A DNA stretch of 64,000 nt from Fimbriosthenelais zetlandica (lineage: Eukaryota), in the NCBI GenBank assembly GCA_977030845.1, contig OZ365118.1, forward strand, positions 22,940,001-23,004,000. The letters run 5' to 3'. Each line of letters starts with the position of its first letter. Within the stretch, counting starts at the first letter, position 1. A model generated the notes under the pieces. That model worked only from the letters and a program-made list of their open reading frames with translations, had not been told where the DNA came from and made no database searches. The position numbers and the translations under genes are program-made. This document shows positions 62,897 to 64,000 of the stretch, piece after piece.

Positions 62897-63205
62897 CTTT
62901 ATAGCTCATTGTATGTAGAGTACATGTACATAGATCGCCTACATTAAAGCCTCGTCTATGGTAGGCTCCGTTACGGTTCTACATGAATATATGACTTTCT
63001 TACCGCCGCGTGTCAAAAGCAGGCAATATGAGTAATTGCAGCCTAAAGCGGTCTAACAATTGATGGCAGTTAAAGGTAGGGTAAAAAGCGGCCATCGTTT
63101 GATGTGTCGACCACGTGTGTCGCTGCGACACGGCGAAACCCGAGCTACGACAGAGGTGTAACGCGGGGGAAGGAGAGCATGAAGAAACAGATTAAATTAC
63201 CTCAC

Positions 63206-63595
63206 CTACAAAACATTCAATATGTGGAGACAAAAAACACGGCATCCAATACCGGCCATGATGGATAGACAAGGCGGGGATCGAGGTGGAGGTGTAAAAA
63301 CACGCTGAGGGCATTGTCTTCACGGATCTACAGGAGCCAGGAATCAGGAGCCAGGTCTCCTCACAATGCCACACGGCATCCAGGATCAAACCTCCATCAA
63401 AAGCACCAGCTTCTCTATAGAAATATTTGTTTTTGATGTATGGCCTTTCAGTAGGATTGGAGGAGGAGGGAGACAATTGGCTGCCTGCTGACATGGAGGT
63501 GGTGTTTTGTTTTGACTGGTTGTGACCTTTTGCTGGTCGGCTGAGCTGATCGGGGAGTGAGGAGCACCTAATGCTCCACCCTTGTTCTGCTGCTT
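63206..63595 (-). other. Low-confidence candidate coding exon (390 nt, phase 1-1)
   Basis: Non-repetitive ORF 63192-63644, with acceptor TTTTTATCCGCTGTAG| at 63596/63595 and donor TAG|GTGAGG at 63206/63205. No recognisable domain. Confidence 0.2.
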
Positions 63596-64000
63596 CTACA
63601 GCGGATAAAAACAACCAGATGAATGTCCGACCAGGTTTATACAACGACGGGCGGGGACAGAGGATAGGATGTCATCAGGACAGGGACAGGCGGGAGACAG
63701 GGATCAGATGTCATCAGGACAGAGACAGGGAGGACAGGGAGGAGGCAATAGGGCAAAACATACAACCCCCCACCCACCCACCCATCCACCTCACAAAACA
63801 CTACCCACCCAGTCAAAGGGCAAGACAAACCACCAACAAGCAGGAGGCAATGGGGCAATGCAAAACATGCAACCCCCACCCCTAAACCCCCCCCCCCCCC
63901 CCACCCCCCATGTTGAATTTGTGTCCTCCGTAAAGAGGTAGAGTAGAGGTGATTTGTTAAGTTGAACCCCTGATGTTTTCACTGCCTGTTAGAGATTAAC

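Overview
This is animal genomic DNA (probably a lophotrochozoan invertebrate; inferred, not shown), mostly non-coding and rich in micro/minisatellites and G/C homopolymer tracts, with one 128-N gap at 17343-17470. The only confident protein-coding feature is a 2,709-nt minus-strand exon (ATG 47108 to a phase-0 GAG|GTAAGC donor at 44400). It encodes a delta1-like protocadherin with a signal peptide, 7 cadherin repeats, a TM helix and the start of the cytoplasmic tail; its downstream exons could not be identified with confidence. Nearly all other listed ORFs are translations of repeats. The most notable signal is regulatory and lies downstream of that exon. (i) Seven exact CTCF-core matches fall within 15.6-24.6 kb, including an 11-unit minisatellite built from CTCF-like motifs. 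(ii) Two tandemly duplicated ATG+splice-donor cassettes (MAAR/MAAS) abut the gap. (iii) There is a 15x YY1/Pho-like array. (iv) A TATA/Inr promoter candidate at ~38.2 kb points the same way as the protocadherin. (v) RFX, CRE and nuclear-receptor motifs cluster locally. All motif calls were made by eye and none shows function.
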